This document shows positions 1 through 8,974 of a DNA stretch of 37,722 nt, piece by piece (position 1 is the first letter of the stretch; each line of letters begins with the position of its first letter). This DNA is from a virus. Its lineage: Duplodnaviria; Caudoviricetes. The stretch spans positions 1 to 37,722 of the IMG/VR virus record IMGVR_UViG_3300032216_000683. One strand, written 5' to 3'. A program made the position numbers and the translations under genes. Below the pieces are notes generated by a model. That model searched no databases and was not told the DNA's origin. It saw only the letters and a program-made list of their open reading frames with translations.

Positions 1-20
1 AATTTATTGAGTGCGGCCAT
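1..20 (-). CDS. gp20: Probable 5' end of portal vertex protein (runs off window)
   Basis: ATG GCC GCA CTC AAT AAA (MAALNK) directly after gp19 and its hairpin. The T4 gene order is 18-19-20. Identity rests on synteny only. Confidence 0.6.
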
Positions 21-40
21 ATTGTTTACTTTTCCAATTC

Positions 41-73
41 AAAAAAACATAAAGAGAGGACCGAAGTCCTCCC
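41..73 (-). terminator. Intrinsic terminator with C(UUCG)G tetraloop after gp19
   Basis: Minus strand reads GGGAGGAC-TTCG-GTCCTCTC then TTTATGTTTTTTT. UUCG hairpins are typical of T4-like intergenic regions. Confidence 0.85.
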
Positions 74-87
74 GTAATAAAAATATA

Positions 88-630
88 TTAACTAGTAGTA
101 TTTGATTCCCAATATTGGAATGCAAATGTTGTGCTGTATTCTTCAATAGTATCATTTTGGTCCCAACCTAAGTCGATTGGGGTAACATCAACAGGGAATA
201 AACCAACGAACTTATATGATTTAAGAATGCTTCCTGTTTTACTATACTGATCAACCGTAGCATCCACAGTATAACTAGTAGGTGTTGTAGCGGCATTACT
301 CCGAACGTTGGTTGTATTACTATTAATAGCATTCATCCAAGATTCTAAAGCGTTACGAATTACAAAATCCTCATCGTTAATAATGGTGAGTGACCAATCG
401 GTAAATGTGCGGTTACCAGCAAATTTGATTTCACGACCAAAATATGGAACGGTAATTTGTCCAATTGTTGAACCAGGCAACTGCGCTGCTTTTGCCATGA
501 AAGTTGTTTTTGCACCAGCAGCTGCACCGTTTACTGCAAAAGTTGGGAATGTTAGAGTCACTTGAAATAGATTGGGACGGGCACCGTCACCAATCATATT
601 TGCTCTAAAATCGTTTACATTAAAAGCCAT
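88..630 (-). CDS. gp19: Tail tube protein
   Basis: Motifs GARPNLFQV, AAQLPGS, YFGREIKFAGNRTFTDW, DLGWD..TIEEY. AGGAG SD at 637-641. Follows the sheath gene. Confidence 0.95.
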   Translation of the reverse strand: MAFNVNDFRANMIGDGARPNLFQVTLTFPTFAVNGAAAGAKTTFMAKAAQLPGSTIGQITVPYFGREIKFAGNRTFTDWSLTIINDEDFVIRNALESWMNAINSNTTNVRSNAATTPTSYTVDATVDQYSKTGSILKSYKFVGLFPVDVTPIDLGWDQNDTIEEYSTTFAFQYWESNTTS

Positions 631-649
631 TGTTTTCTCCTATATCTTT

Positions 650-657
650 TATTTATT
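650..657 (-). promoter_or_regulatory. T4-type late promoter variant AATAAATA upstream of gp19
   Basis: 7/8 match to TATAAATA, overlapping the gp18 stop and followed by an AGGAG SD. Confidence 0.55.
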
Positions 658-2368
658 AGACAGCGGCCGTTACTGTTGTGAAGTCAACACCAGTTCCAAC
701 TGCCACAAAATTCAACTGAATGAAATTAATGGAACGAGCAGGTTTAATGTAAATATCGCCAACAAATTGATTTGAATCAATTACTTGTGGTGTATTATTT
801 GTAGTATCACAAACAACACGGAAGTCGGTAATACCACGGCGTCCTTGAACATCACGAAGGAATGGAGTTACCAAGGCAACAAATTGAGCACGGGTAAAAT
901 CATCGTTAAATTCAAACAATGAATATTGTGCAGCTTTAGCAATGGCTTTCTCAAGTACAATAAACAATCTACGAACATTGATACGATCAAAAGCTGATGG
1001 TTTAGATTGTAATGTTTTGTCACCAAATAGAACAATACCTTGACCAGGGAAAGATACAACTGGATTTACACCAGCGTTATACAATACATCACGGTATGTT
1101 TTTGCTGGGTTCCATGCCAACTTAATGGCATTTTTGATTGCGCCACGGTTGAAACCGGCAGGTGAGAACCATGGATCACGAACTTGGTCTGTGTTAACAC
1201 ATAAACCAGCAATGTCACCATTCAACGGGATCCAACGATATGTTTGGTTGTATTTGTCGTACATATATTTCCAACCAGAATCGGCAACAACAAATGAAGA
1301 TGAACGTTGTAAACCGGTTGATGTGTTGTTTAACCAATCCAGTATCTTTGTGGATTCGCTACCAGCACTATTTACAACAGCAGATTGCGGAGGCGAAATA
1401 AAAGCAACACAATCAGCACGAGAGTTAACAATGTTGTCAATAATGTACGATTGAACGTTTGCGTTTGCGTCACCAGTAATAACTAAAGAAATGTCTGTAG
1501 TTTCTTTGTTTGTAAACAATCCATAACCATTTTTATAATCACCTTCTGTTAATGCAGTATCAGTACCGCCACTTAAAGCCAAAGTGGTGTTTACGTTTGA
1601 AGATGTAAAATTAGTATTAGCAGAAATTTGACCCCAATTGCCATTAGTTACGTTAGTTACATAATTTACTGGATCAACGGCATAAAGATATTGAGATTTA
1701 TTAAAAATAACTTGTTTATAGTAATTTGAATTACCATTAATTGTGACATCAGAGGCTTTTGATACAAACGGGAAAGTTTCTAATACTGTGCCTTTTGTGC
1801 CTGTAAACAATCCGTTGGCATCTGTTACAATGATGTGAATTTCGTCATTTGCACCGCCTACGCTAGATGCATAAACAGAAGTACCTGGAGCAGAAGTAAA
1901 GTAACCAGCATATGCCCACTGGCTAAATTGATTGGCTGTATCACAAACAGAAACCGCCAAAGAGTTACCTAAAGCGCCAGGATAACGAGCCATGAAAGCG
2001 CCGTATAGGTTGGAATTGTTTTGATTCAATAATGTGTATTGAAAAACATCTGGATTACCAACTTGAGTATTTGGATTTGAAGGATTTGTGTCTGCGTTAT
2101 AAGTTAAATTATTAGCAGCACGAACAACGTTTAAATTATTACCATAAGCTAAAAAAGAAGCAGCGGTAAAGAAAGACGTTGCTGTGTTGTTATTCGGATT
2201 TCCAAACTGTTTTGTCAATGTAATTTCGTTATTAACTAAAGTTATTTTTCCTACTGGACCCCAAGAAAAGGCTCCAGCAAAAGCGCCAGCAGTTGTAAGT
2301 ACCGAAGGAACGACTGTAGTTAAGTCAATTTCCGATACGTTTACACCTGGAGAGAGTTGAAAAGGCAT
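656..2368 (-). CDS. gp18: Contractile tail sheath protein
   Basis: N-terminal LSPGVNVSEIDLT and FSWGPV; C-terminal PWFSPAGFNRG, FGDKTL, FDRINVRRLF, YIKPARSINFIQLNFVA. Confidence 0.97.
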   Translation of the reverse strand: MPFQLSPGVNVSEIDLTTVVPSVLTTAGAFAGAFSWGPVGKITLVNNEITLTKQFGNPNNNTATSFFTAASFLAYGNNLNVVRAANNLTYNADTNPSNPNTQVGNPDVFQYTLLNQNNSNLYGAFMARYPGALGNSLAVSVCDTANQFSQWAYAGYFTSAPGTSVYASSVGGANDEIHIIVTDANGLFTGTKGTVLETFPFVSKASDVTINGNSNYYKQVIFNKSQYLYAVDPVNYVTNVTNGNWGQISANTNFTSSNVNTTLALSGGTDTALTEGDYKNGYGLFTNKETTDISLVITGDANANVQSYIIDNIVNSRADCVAFISPPQSAVVNSAGSESTKILDWLNNTSTGLQRSSSFVVADSGWKYMYDKYNQTYRWIPLNGDIAGLCVNTDQVRDPWFSPAGFNRGAIKNAIKLAWNPAKTYRDVLYNAGVNPVVSFPGQGIVLFGDKTLQSKPSAFDRINVRRLFIVLEKAIAKAAQYSLFEFNDDFTRAQFVALVTPFLRDVQGRRGITDFRVVCDTTNNTPQVIDSNQFVGDIYIKPARSINFIQLNFVAVGTGVDFTTVTAAV

Positions 2369-2421
2369 TTAAATTCTCCTTGAATTATTATATGTTTTTG
2401 GCAGTTATGATACCATACAGA

Positions 2422-2429
2422 TATTTATG
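2422..2429 (-). promoter_or_regulatory. T4-type late promoter variant CATAAATA upstream of gp18
   Basis: 7/8 match to TATAAATA in the gp17-gp18 intergenic space. AAGGAG SD precedes the gp18 ATG. Confidence 0.65.
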
Positions 2430-2440
2430 AATCACAGGAT

Positions 2441-4120
2441 TTACATTTTTCTCCAGAATTCTCTGGAATAATCGGCATAGACTTCACCGGAACCTGCTTT
2501 TTCCCAAACATCTCCACCTTGAACCATAAATTCATGTTCAAAACCATCATTAATTACTGGCGCTGGTGGAGTAATTTCATCTAATTGATTCATATTTTCT
2601 AACTGAATCTGTTTTCTTACATCATGATTTACAATTTCTTTAAAATATTTTTGTGTGGTTGCCCACGCAAACATGACTAAACCCATCACTAAGTCATCAT
2701 TTGATTCTGGTTCAGCACCAAAAGAATTCTTTTGAGCTACAAAAGTAGTTAATTCCGAATAGGTGTCAAAGTCATTAATCAATAACTTATCACCTTCAAT
2801 CAAAGCCTTTAAGTTGGAACAACCAATTCGTTTGACCTGAGGTGACATTTTCAAACCTAATTGAACACCTCTAGCAAAACCGGCAGATAATTGTTGTGGT
2901 TTTTTATTGCCAGTAAATACTTTCCATAAATTTTCATATTCTAATTCAGCATGAAGCGTATCGGCAATTTGTTGTGTATTGTTAATTTCACACAAAACAT
3001 AGGCATCATTGTAAAATTTTGCCGTATTGTATATAACAGTTGGAAATAATATAGGTGATATTGAAGATGATTTATAAGTTGCAACCTGTCTATAAGGAGT
3101 TTCTGACATATCAATGACGGAGAACGCACTGAAGTCGAGTCCTTTACCTTCTGATGGGTCGACCACTAAACAATATAGATGATCTTTCGGGTTCTTTTCG
3201 CCATCTTCTTTAATAGGTTGTTCATATATCTTTAAGAGGTCATGTGTGGCAATTGGATTACCATATCTCATTTGTTGAAGTTTACCACCAGCAATCAAAG
3301 TATTCGAAGAACCTAAAAATTCTGTTTCAAATTCTTGTTGGAACTGTCTTTCAGAAGTGTTACGAATAGTTTCTTCACGCCATTCTTGGTCACGACCCGG
3401 AACTTGCGACCAATGAATCTCAAAAGGAGTATAATTGCTTCGTTTTTCAATAGCATCCATCCACATCTTATAATACAAATTCATTCCGTTTGGTGTGGAG
3501 ACCATCAAAATTTTTGTTCTAGTACCAGAAGTAATAACTGGATAGACGGATGCCATGAATTCGTAGGCAATATTGGAAGGCACAAAAGCAAACTCGTCTA
3601 AGAATACAATATTATAAGATCCTGAACGAGCAGCAGAACTTGATGTGGAATCTGCGGTAATCTTAGAATCATTCTCCAATTCAATCTTACCTTTGTTCCA
3701 TTCCACAACACCTTGTTGTAACCAGATAGGAAGATTCTCATAGGCCAACTGTAACTTACCTAGAATATCACGGGAAGTTTTACCTTTGTTGGCCAGAATG
3801 GCTATGTTTTGTGCGTCTTGAAACAGAATAACCCACAAAAGATAAGCAATTGCAGTAGTGGTTTTACCAACCTGACGAGGACATTTAACGATAACAAAAC
3901 GATTTTCGTTAAAGGTTTTAATCATATCTTTTTGAAAATCGTACATATTAAAAGGTACAATACCGTGGTCTAAAGATACAATACTAATGTACTTTGAAAA
4001 ATAAACAGGATCTTTAGCACACCTTTGGTACTCTAAAACTTGTTCTTCCGTGTAATTAATTTGAACCCCAACTCGTTTGAGTCGTGGGTTATCACGGTAA
4101 GATTGTTTATTAGTTGTCAT
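2441..4120 (-). CDS. gp17: Terminase large subunit
   Basis: Walker A PRQVGKTT, Walker B IVFLDEFAF, STPNG, nuclease motifs DPSEGKGLD and DDLVM. Uninterrupted 559 aa. Confidence 0.97.
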   Translation of the reverse strand: MTTNKQSYRDNPRLKRVGVQINYTEEQVLEYQRCAKDPVYFSKYISIVSLDHGIVPFNMYDFQKDMIKTFNENRFVIVKCPRQVGKTTTAIAYLLWVILFQDAQNIAILANKGKTSRDILGKLQLAYENLPIWLQQGVVEWNKGKIELENDSKITADSTSSSAARSGSYNIVFLDEFAFVPSNIAYEFMASVYPVITSGTRTKILMVSTPNGMNLYYKMWMDAIEKRSNYTPFEIHWSQVPGRDQEWREETIRNTSERQFQQEFETEFLGSSNTLIAGGKLQQMRYGNPIATHDLLKIYEQPIKEDGEKNPKDHLYCLVVDPSEGKGLDFSAFSVIDMSETPYRQVATYKSSSISPILFPTVIYNTAKFYNDAYVLCEINNTQQIADTLHAELEYENLWKVFTGNKKPQQLSAGFARGVQLGLKMSPQVKRIGCSNLKALIEGDKLLINDFDTYSELTTFVAQKNSFGAEPESNDDLVMGLVMFAWATTQKYFKEIVNHDVRKQIQLENMNQLDEITPPAPVINDGFEHEFMVQGGDVWEKAGSGEVYADYSREFWRKM

Positions 4121-4845
4121 ACGAACAATTCTGTGATAAGTATTTTAGCATGAGGTGAATTGAGATCGTTGTGGTAATCAGTACCATTATGTACTGCACA
4201 ACATTCATCAAAATTATTTAGTGGTACTAATGCACGATGTGAAAAACCTGAAGGAACATTAATGTACATATTGCCCAAATTAGCCGATTCACGAATTCCA
4301 AACCAACCTTTTTGACCTAGATTGAAATAATCAGAATTGATATGTTCTTCAACCATTTCACGGTCCATAATAAACATACCTTGATAAGGTTCCGATAATG
4401 AAATAAACTTTTGATTGCCAATCTCTATTGCAAATTTTTTATTAACACGATGTGTAGAATCTAAAGAATATGTTTTTTCATTGAACACTTGTACACGATG
4501 TATTGCTGGTATAAAGTTTAAATTGTTTTGTTTAAATAATTGTTTGGTTTTACACCAATAATTTAAATTCTTTTGAGTTAATTCTAAGTTACCTTCAAGA
4601 TATACAAAATGAGTAAAATCAGATTCTAAAAAATTTAACATAGATTTTTTATGTTCCCAAGTCAAATGAAATGGGTCATCAAGAACTGATACTTGAATTG
4701 GCAAATTATTATCAAAGCTAATATTACAGTTGATGATTAATTTTGTTTTTTCTGTTTTAAATTTGTTGATGTTTTCTATAAGATTATAGAATTTTGGCAA
4801 TCTTTCTGGTACATAATGAAAACAAACATTCACCCAAAGCTTCAT
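4117..4845 (-). CDS. Hypothetical protein, possibly GT-A fold glycosyltransferase-like
   Basis: 242-aa ORF with 4-nt ATGA overlaps to both terminase genes. The segment LTWEHK...DFTHFVYLEGNL resembles the GT-A 'Y-x-E-D-D' region but lacks the Asp pair. The ORF is likely real; the function is tentative. Confidence 0.4.
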   Translation of the reverse strand: MKLWVNVCFHYVPERLPKFYNLIENINKFKTEKTKLIINCNISFDNNLPIQVSVLDDPFHLTWEHKKSMLNFLESDFTHFVYLEGNLELTQKNLNYWCKTKQLFKQNNLNFIPAIHRVQVFNEKTYSLDSTHRVNKKFAIEIGNQKFISLSEPYQGMFIMDREMVEEHINSDYFNLGQKGWFGIRESANLGNMYINVPSGFSHRALVPLNNFDECCAVHNGTDYHNDLNSPHAKILITELFV

Positions 4846-5264
4846 TCTTTTCCTTTTAATAATTTATTCAATTCGGCAGTAGAACCTACAAATATGGCTT
4901 TATCTATATTAGTATCACCTTTGGATTTTTTATTTTCTTCATCCATTTCACGCATTTGTTTTTGAATGTTTAGTAGTTCTTTATTTGCATCCACCATATT
5001 TTTTAATAAAGTACCATATACTTCAAATGCTCGTGGGTGTTGACCTGCTTTGGCAATATTAAGTATATCTTCCATGGCTTCTTTGCCTTGGTCAATAATT
5101 TCTTGAAGATTTTCTTTTGATTGCTGATAAGCATCGGTCAAATCCTGTTTCATATCAGGATCATTGTATTTAACCGATACTATTTCTGTAGACTTTTTTT
5201 GTTCAATAGGTTTTGATGGAACAACATCAAAGATTTGTTCCATATTTTTATCAAAATTATTCAT
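4842..5264 (-). CDS. gp16: Terminase small subunit
   Basis: HPRAFEV motif, helical middle region, C-terminal IFVGSTAELNKLL. Upstream of gp17. Confidence 0.92.
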   Translation of the reverse strand: MNNFDKNMEQIFDVVPSKPIEQKKSTEIVSVKYNDPDMKQDLTDAYQQSKENLQEIIDQGKEAMEDILNIAKAGQHPRAFEVYGTLLKNMVDANKELLNIQKQMREMDEENKKSKGDTNIDKAIFVGSTAELNKLLKGKE

Positions 5265-5276
5265 ATTATTAATTTA

Positions 5277-6449
5277 TTAAGAAGCGGCACCTTTAATAAC
5301 CACATATTGTAATACTGGAGCTTCAGCAGTAACAGTATTTATTGCTCTAATGGTTACGTTTGATTGACCAACAGAAGTATTAGAAGCAAATGTATAATTT
5401 CCTAAAGTACCACCAGACCAATGATTAATCATTATAAAATCGTTTGCTGAGATAGATGAATTTGTAAACACAAAAGTATTAGAGGTACCTGTTGCCATCG
5501 CATTTGAAGTTAATGTAATTTGACCTGATGGTTTATTTAATGTAACACCAGTTGTTCTACTTGTTAATTGTGTTATAGCACCACCTGAACCGGTTGTATA
5601 ACCAAGTCCTGAGCCGGCATACAAATTTCCTGCCACATTAACTGTGCCGGTTGAATTGATACTCATCGCATCAATAGTACTTCCATTAACCACAAAGTGA
5701 ATTGCATTTGCACTTGATGTGCCAATTGCCAAATCTGTATTTGAAGCATACAAATAAACATTGTTTGCTGTACCTAAAGAACCTAAACCGGCAAAGTTTG
5801 AACCGTTAATACCAAAATCACCATATAAAAATCCATCAGTACTATAAAAATTAGATACAACAAAGTCTGCTGATGCTTGTGTACCAGTATTTGAATTCTG
5901 TAAAACAACCTGTTGATAGGTGTTTGAGTTTGCGCCAAAAACAGCAAACAATCCTGATGCGGCATATGTTAATGTTCCGTTAGACAGAGCATTATTTGCT
6001 TTGTTGTAAGCACTTTGCATTTTACTGTCAGTAGCTGATACTCCAACTTGCAATGAAATTATATTTGCATTTGCAGAATTTAAACCACCTTGTAAAACTG
6101 CAGTTTCACTATTTGCGCTAGCATTTTGTAATGCCGTAACGTTTGCAGTAGTTTGATTAATTGTGTTAATATAAAAAGAAGAAAATGCCGTAGTTTGATA
6201 AGTATCTCCAAATCTAAGGCCTCCAGAGTTTGCTAAAAACAAATATCCAGTATTGCCAAGTGTAACTGTATGTCTATTGTTCACCAAGCTAATTCCTGGA
6301 GAACCAAGAGACCTAACTCCACCAGGAGTTATGCCATCATGTATAGTTAGATAATTATTGGTATTGTCTATAACTAATTCGCCATCCGCACCTACAGTAT
6401 TAGCAACTACTGTATTGGCATATCTTCTAAATTGTAATGTTCTTGACAT
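5277..6449 (-). CDS. Fibre-like virion protein with Mtd_N-like N-terminal domain
   Basis: N-terminus LQFRR...GADGELVID...LTIHDGITPGG resembles the major tropism determinant N-domain. Coiled-coil segment shared with other fibres; C-terminal domain shared with ORF 33645-35513. Confidence 0.7.
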   Translation of the reverse strand: MSRTLQFRRYANTVVANTVGADGELVIDNTNNYLTIHDGITPGGVRSLGSPGISLVNNRHTVTLGNTGYLFLANSGGLRFGDTYQTTAFSSFYINTINQTTANVTALQNASANSETAVLQGGLNSANANIISLQVGVSATDSKMQSAYNKANNALSNGTLTYAASGLFAVFGANSNTYQQVVLQNSNTGTQASADFVVSNFYSTDGFLYGDFGINGSNFAGLGSLGTANNVYLYASNTDLAIGTSSANAIHFVVNGSTIDAMSINSTGTVNVAGNLYAGSGLGYTTGSGGAITQLTSRTTGVTLNKPSGQITLTSNAMATGTSNTFVFTNSSISANDFIMINHWSGGTLGNYTFASNTSVGQSNVTIRAINTVTAEAPVLQYVVIKGAAS

Positions 6450-6450
6450 T

Positions 6451-7542
6451 TTAATTTCCTAAATCGATTGGGTTTTCTTGTTCTGTTACTAAATCATCTA
6501 TACCAAATACATTGGTGTTCAAATCGGTATTGAATCCGTTTGATGTGAGAACTGGTTTAGTAATATTAATATCTTCTTGTACCGTGGTGGTATATGTATA
6601 CATTGTGTTGGCGTTAGCATCTGTTGGATTAGAAACAGTAACAATTTGTGCGTACTGTGCAGGTATAAGTTGATATGAATTAAATGTGTAACTGGCATTA
6701 GTTGTTACACCATATATGGGCTGTGACGATACAAAATTGCCATTAATATTTGTCAAATGTAAGACATTATTATCAAATGAAACTACTTTAGCAGTTGCGG
6801 TTGAATTTATCGGAGAAAAACCTTGATAAACACCTTCACCAATTTTATATGTTCCTACTCCTGAAGTTGACATATTAAATTGAATTACATCAGCAGTAGT
6901 AATTTTATCCAAAATATTTGTAATAGAAGTTTTAATTAAACCTGCTGTAGAAGTTTTACCAAATATAAAACCTTTAACTGTAAAGTTTAAAGTCCAAATA
7001 ATTGTTCTTGTGCCACTATTGCGATCACCTTCATAGATAATTTCTTGACTAGTATCTTTTAATACAACAGGTATTTCTTTAACTACTCCCATTTCAGGAA
7101 CCAAATTTAATTTAATAGTATAATCAGGAGTAAAATACGGAAGAATGTGTTCTATAATTTGAGTACCATCTTCAATATTTCTAACATAAAGATATAAAGA
7201 AAAATCAAAATCATAAGGTACTGGATTGTATTGTGAAACAACTCCTTTACCTGTATTTGCAAAAGATTTCCAATTTGTATTTTGTTTTCTAGAGGTGTCA
7301 TAAGAAAGACCAGTCATTTCAAATGATAATCTAGGTAAAGTAATTTGAACTTTTTTGTCCAAATTATAATCTTCTTCTAATCGTTTAACATATAATTCTT
7401 TGGCCGCATAGATAATTGGAACAATGACTCTTTCTTGTTCTGTATTATCTGGATTATATCGAACCAATGTAATGTTATTAAACAAGTTGCCAAAACCAAC
7501 AACCAGTTTACGAATGATTCGGTTATATGATGTATCTGCCAT
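6451..7542 (-). CDS. gp15: Tail sheath stabiliser / tail terminator with C-terminal extension
   Basis: IRKLVVGFGNLFNNI, VPIIYAAKE, TLPRLSFEMTG, PVPYDFDF, QIIEHILPYFTP. 363 aa, longer than T4 gp15. Confidence 0.93.
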   Translation of the reverse strand: MADTSYNRIIRKLVVGFGNLFNNITLVRYNPDNTEQERVIVPIIYAAKELYVKRLEEDYNLDKKVQITLPRLSFEMTGLSYDTSRKQNTNWKSFANTGKGVVSQYNPVPYDFDFSLYLYVRNIEDGTQIIEHILPYFTPDYTIKLNLVPEMGVVKEIPVVLKDTSQEIIYEGDRNSGTRTIIWTLNFTVKGFIFGKTSTAGLIKTSITNILDKITTADVIQFNMSTSGVGTYKIGEGVYQGFSPINSTATAKVVSFDNNVLHLTNINGNFVSSQPIYGVTTNASYTFNSYQLIPAQYAQIVTVSNPTDANANTMYTYTTTVQEDINITKPVLTSNGFNTDLNTNVFGIDDLVTEQENPIDLGN

Positions 7543-8426
7543 TATATGCTTCCAAACGGATTAGTTTCTGAAAAGTCAATAACTGAATTGGCATTATTTT
7601 CTATCAGTTTATTATCATAAATTTCGTTATGTATACTTGTTGCTAAAGGATCGTAAGTTGACAAATAATAAGATGCACCACTTGATGCGCCAATGATTGT
7701 TTGTCCGTCTACAAATTCTCCAGCAATATTAGTAACTATTAATGTATTAGTTGGATCGTTCCAACTTTGTACCATAGCTGAAGTGGTTGCATTGGCTAAA
7801 GTGCCGTCATGTGATTGATATACAATTTCTTTTGATACATAACTGCCTACACCAGAACCTAATTGTAAATCAATTGAATATGCTGAATTGTCCATAGCAA
7901 TATCAATGTCTGGTATACCAGTATTAATGACTTCTTGAGCATACTTGAATTTCTCTAAACGCATTTCATAGAAGAATGGATATTTACGGCCTAACATCAT
8001 CATATCTTTGTTCTGCTCAACAAAAGTAATTTCAAAAAGTTCACCTGTGCCGTTACCAAAAGGTATGTAAACTAAATCACCTTCTCTTGGTCGTGTAAAA
8101 AGGTTTTGTGGAACTCTTTGTGAAAATGATCTTTTAGACACAACCACTTCCATGTTGTTTTTAATTTCTAAACCAAATTTAGAAAACAATTCTCTTTCAC
8201 CAGAATATTCCATAATGCTGGACATATACATTTCAACCACATATGCAGATTGAAATTTCTTAACTGGATCTTCACCGTATAAAAGGTCTCTAGCTTCATC
8301 ATTTGTGTTTGCCAAATAATAAGCATCAAAGCCCATAATTTTTATGGACTCAACCAACAAATCTTCAACTAATCTTTGCTCTGAATATTTGCTATTATAA
8401 TTGCTAAAATAATGGTTGGTTGCGAT
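7542..8426 (-). CDS. gp14: Neck protein; frame extended to a probable ATC start at 8426 (ORF track starts at TTG 8360)
   Basis: LYGED, SKFGLEI, RPREGDLVY, LFEITFVE and C-terminal DFSETNPFG. The 22 in-frame codons upstream of 8360 read IATNHYFSNYNSKYSEQRLVED, a gp14-type N-terminus. Confidence 0.9.
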   Translation of the reverse strand: MATNHYFSNYNSKYSEQRLVEDLLVESIKIMGFDAYYLANTNDEARDLLYGEDPVKKFQSAYVVEMYMSSIMEYSGERELFSKFGLEIKNNMEVVVSKRSFSQRVPQNLFTRPREGDLVYIPFGNGTGELFEITFVEQNKDMMMLGRKYPFFYEMRLEKFKYAQEVINTGIPDIDIAMDNSAYSIDLQLGSGVGSYVSKEIVYQSHDGTLANATTSAMVQSWNDPTNTLIVTNIAGEFVDGQTIIGASSGASYYLSTYDPLATSIHNEIYDNKLIENNANSVIDFSETNPFGSI

Positions 8427-8427
8427 T

Positions 8428-8973
8428 TTAGGTTCCTACCTTTTGGCATAAATGGTTTTTATGGTGACTTTTTAAACCTTTGGCAACATTAGACATAGCG
8501 CCTTGATCTAAACCATTATCCCTACAAAATTTATTCATGTTTTTTATAATTTCTTTTTTACCATTAGGAAAAGTTATCAACCAATTTACACTTTTTGATT
8601 CTGCAACATTGTTTTTAGATTGTTCTGATAACGTCCAAGTTTTACCTAATGCGTGTTTATTACCTATTTTTGATGCATTAAATTTTTCAAGTTTTTTATT
8701 TTTTTCTTCTTCAGATAAAGTATTCCAATATTCTTTGCCTTTTTTGGAAAGATGGTTTCTCATTTTTTCAGATCCCATTATTCCTTTTAATATTTCATAA
8801 CCTGTTACATTGCCTAATAATCCTTGCCAAGCATAGTAATCTTCTATTTTTCCATGTGTTTCCCATAAAACACGATGAGCTTCAGCATGTTCTGGTATTG
8901 TTAACTTAATTAAATTAGATGGATCATCGGATCCACCCATATGTCGAGGTATAATGTGGTGTTTATGGTACAT
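8428..8973 (-). mobile_element. Free-standing HNH homing endonuclease with NUMOD3/NUMOD1-like DNA-binding tail
   Basis: YHKHHIIPRHMGGSDDPSNLIKLTIPEHAEAH HNH motif. Basic C-terminal modules GNKHALGKTWTLSEQSK and WLITFPNGKKEIIKNMNKFCRDNGL. Lies between the normally adjacent gp13 and gp14. Confidence 0.9.
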
Positions 8974-8974
8974 A

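Noticed and set aside
2441-4120. Intein or intron in the large terminase
   Set aside because: Length is normal, motifs are contiguous, and no intein splice motifs are visible.
8427-8475. TAG stop-codon reassignment explaining the gp14 start
   Set aside because: Reading through the TAG reaches a TAA without meeting a canonical start codon, and the core genes translate intact under the standard code.
8424-8970. Group I intron around the HNH gene
   Set aside because: The ORF fills essentially the whole insertion and I could see no ribozyme core. Splicing is retained only as a less likely alternative.
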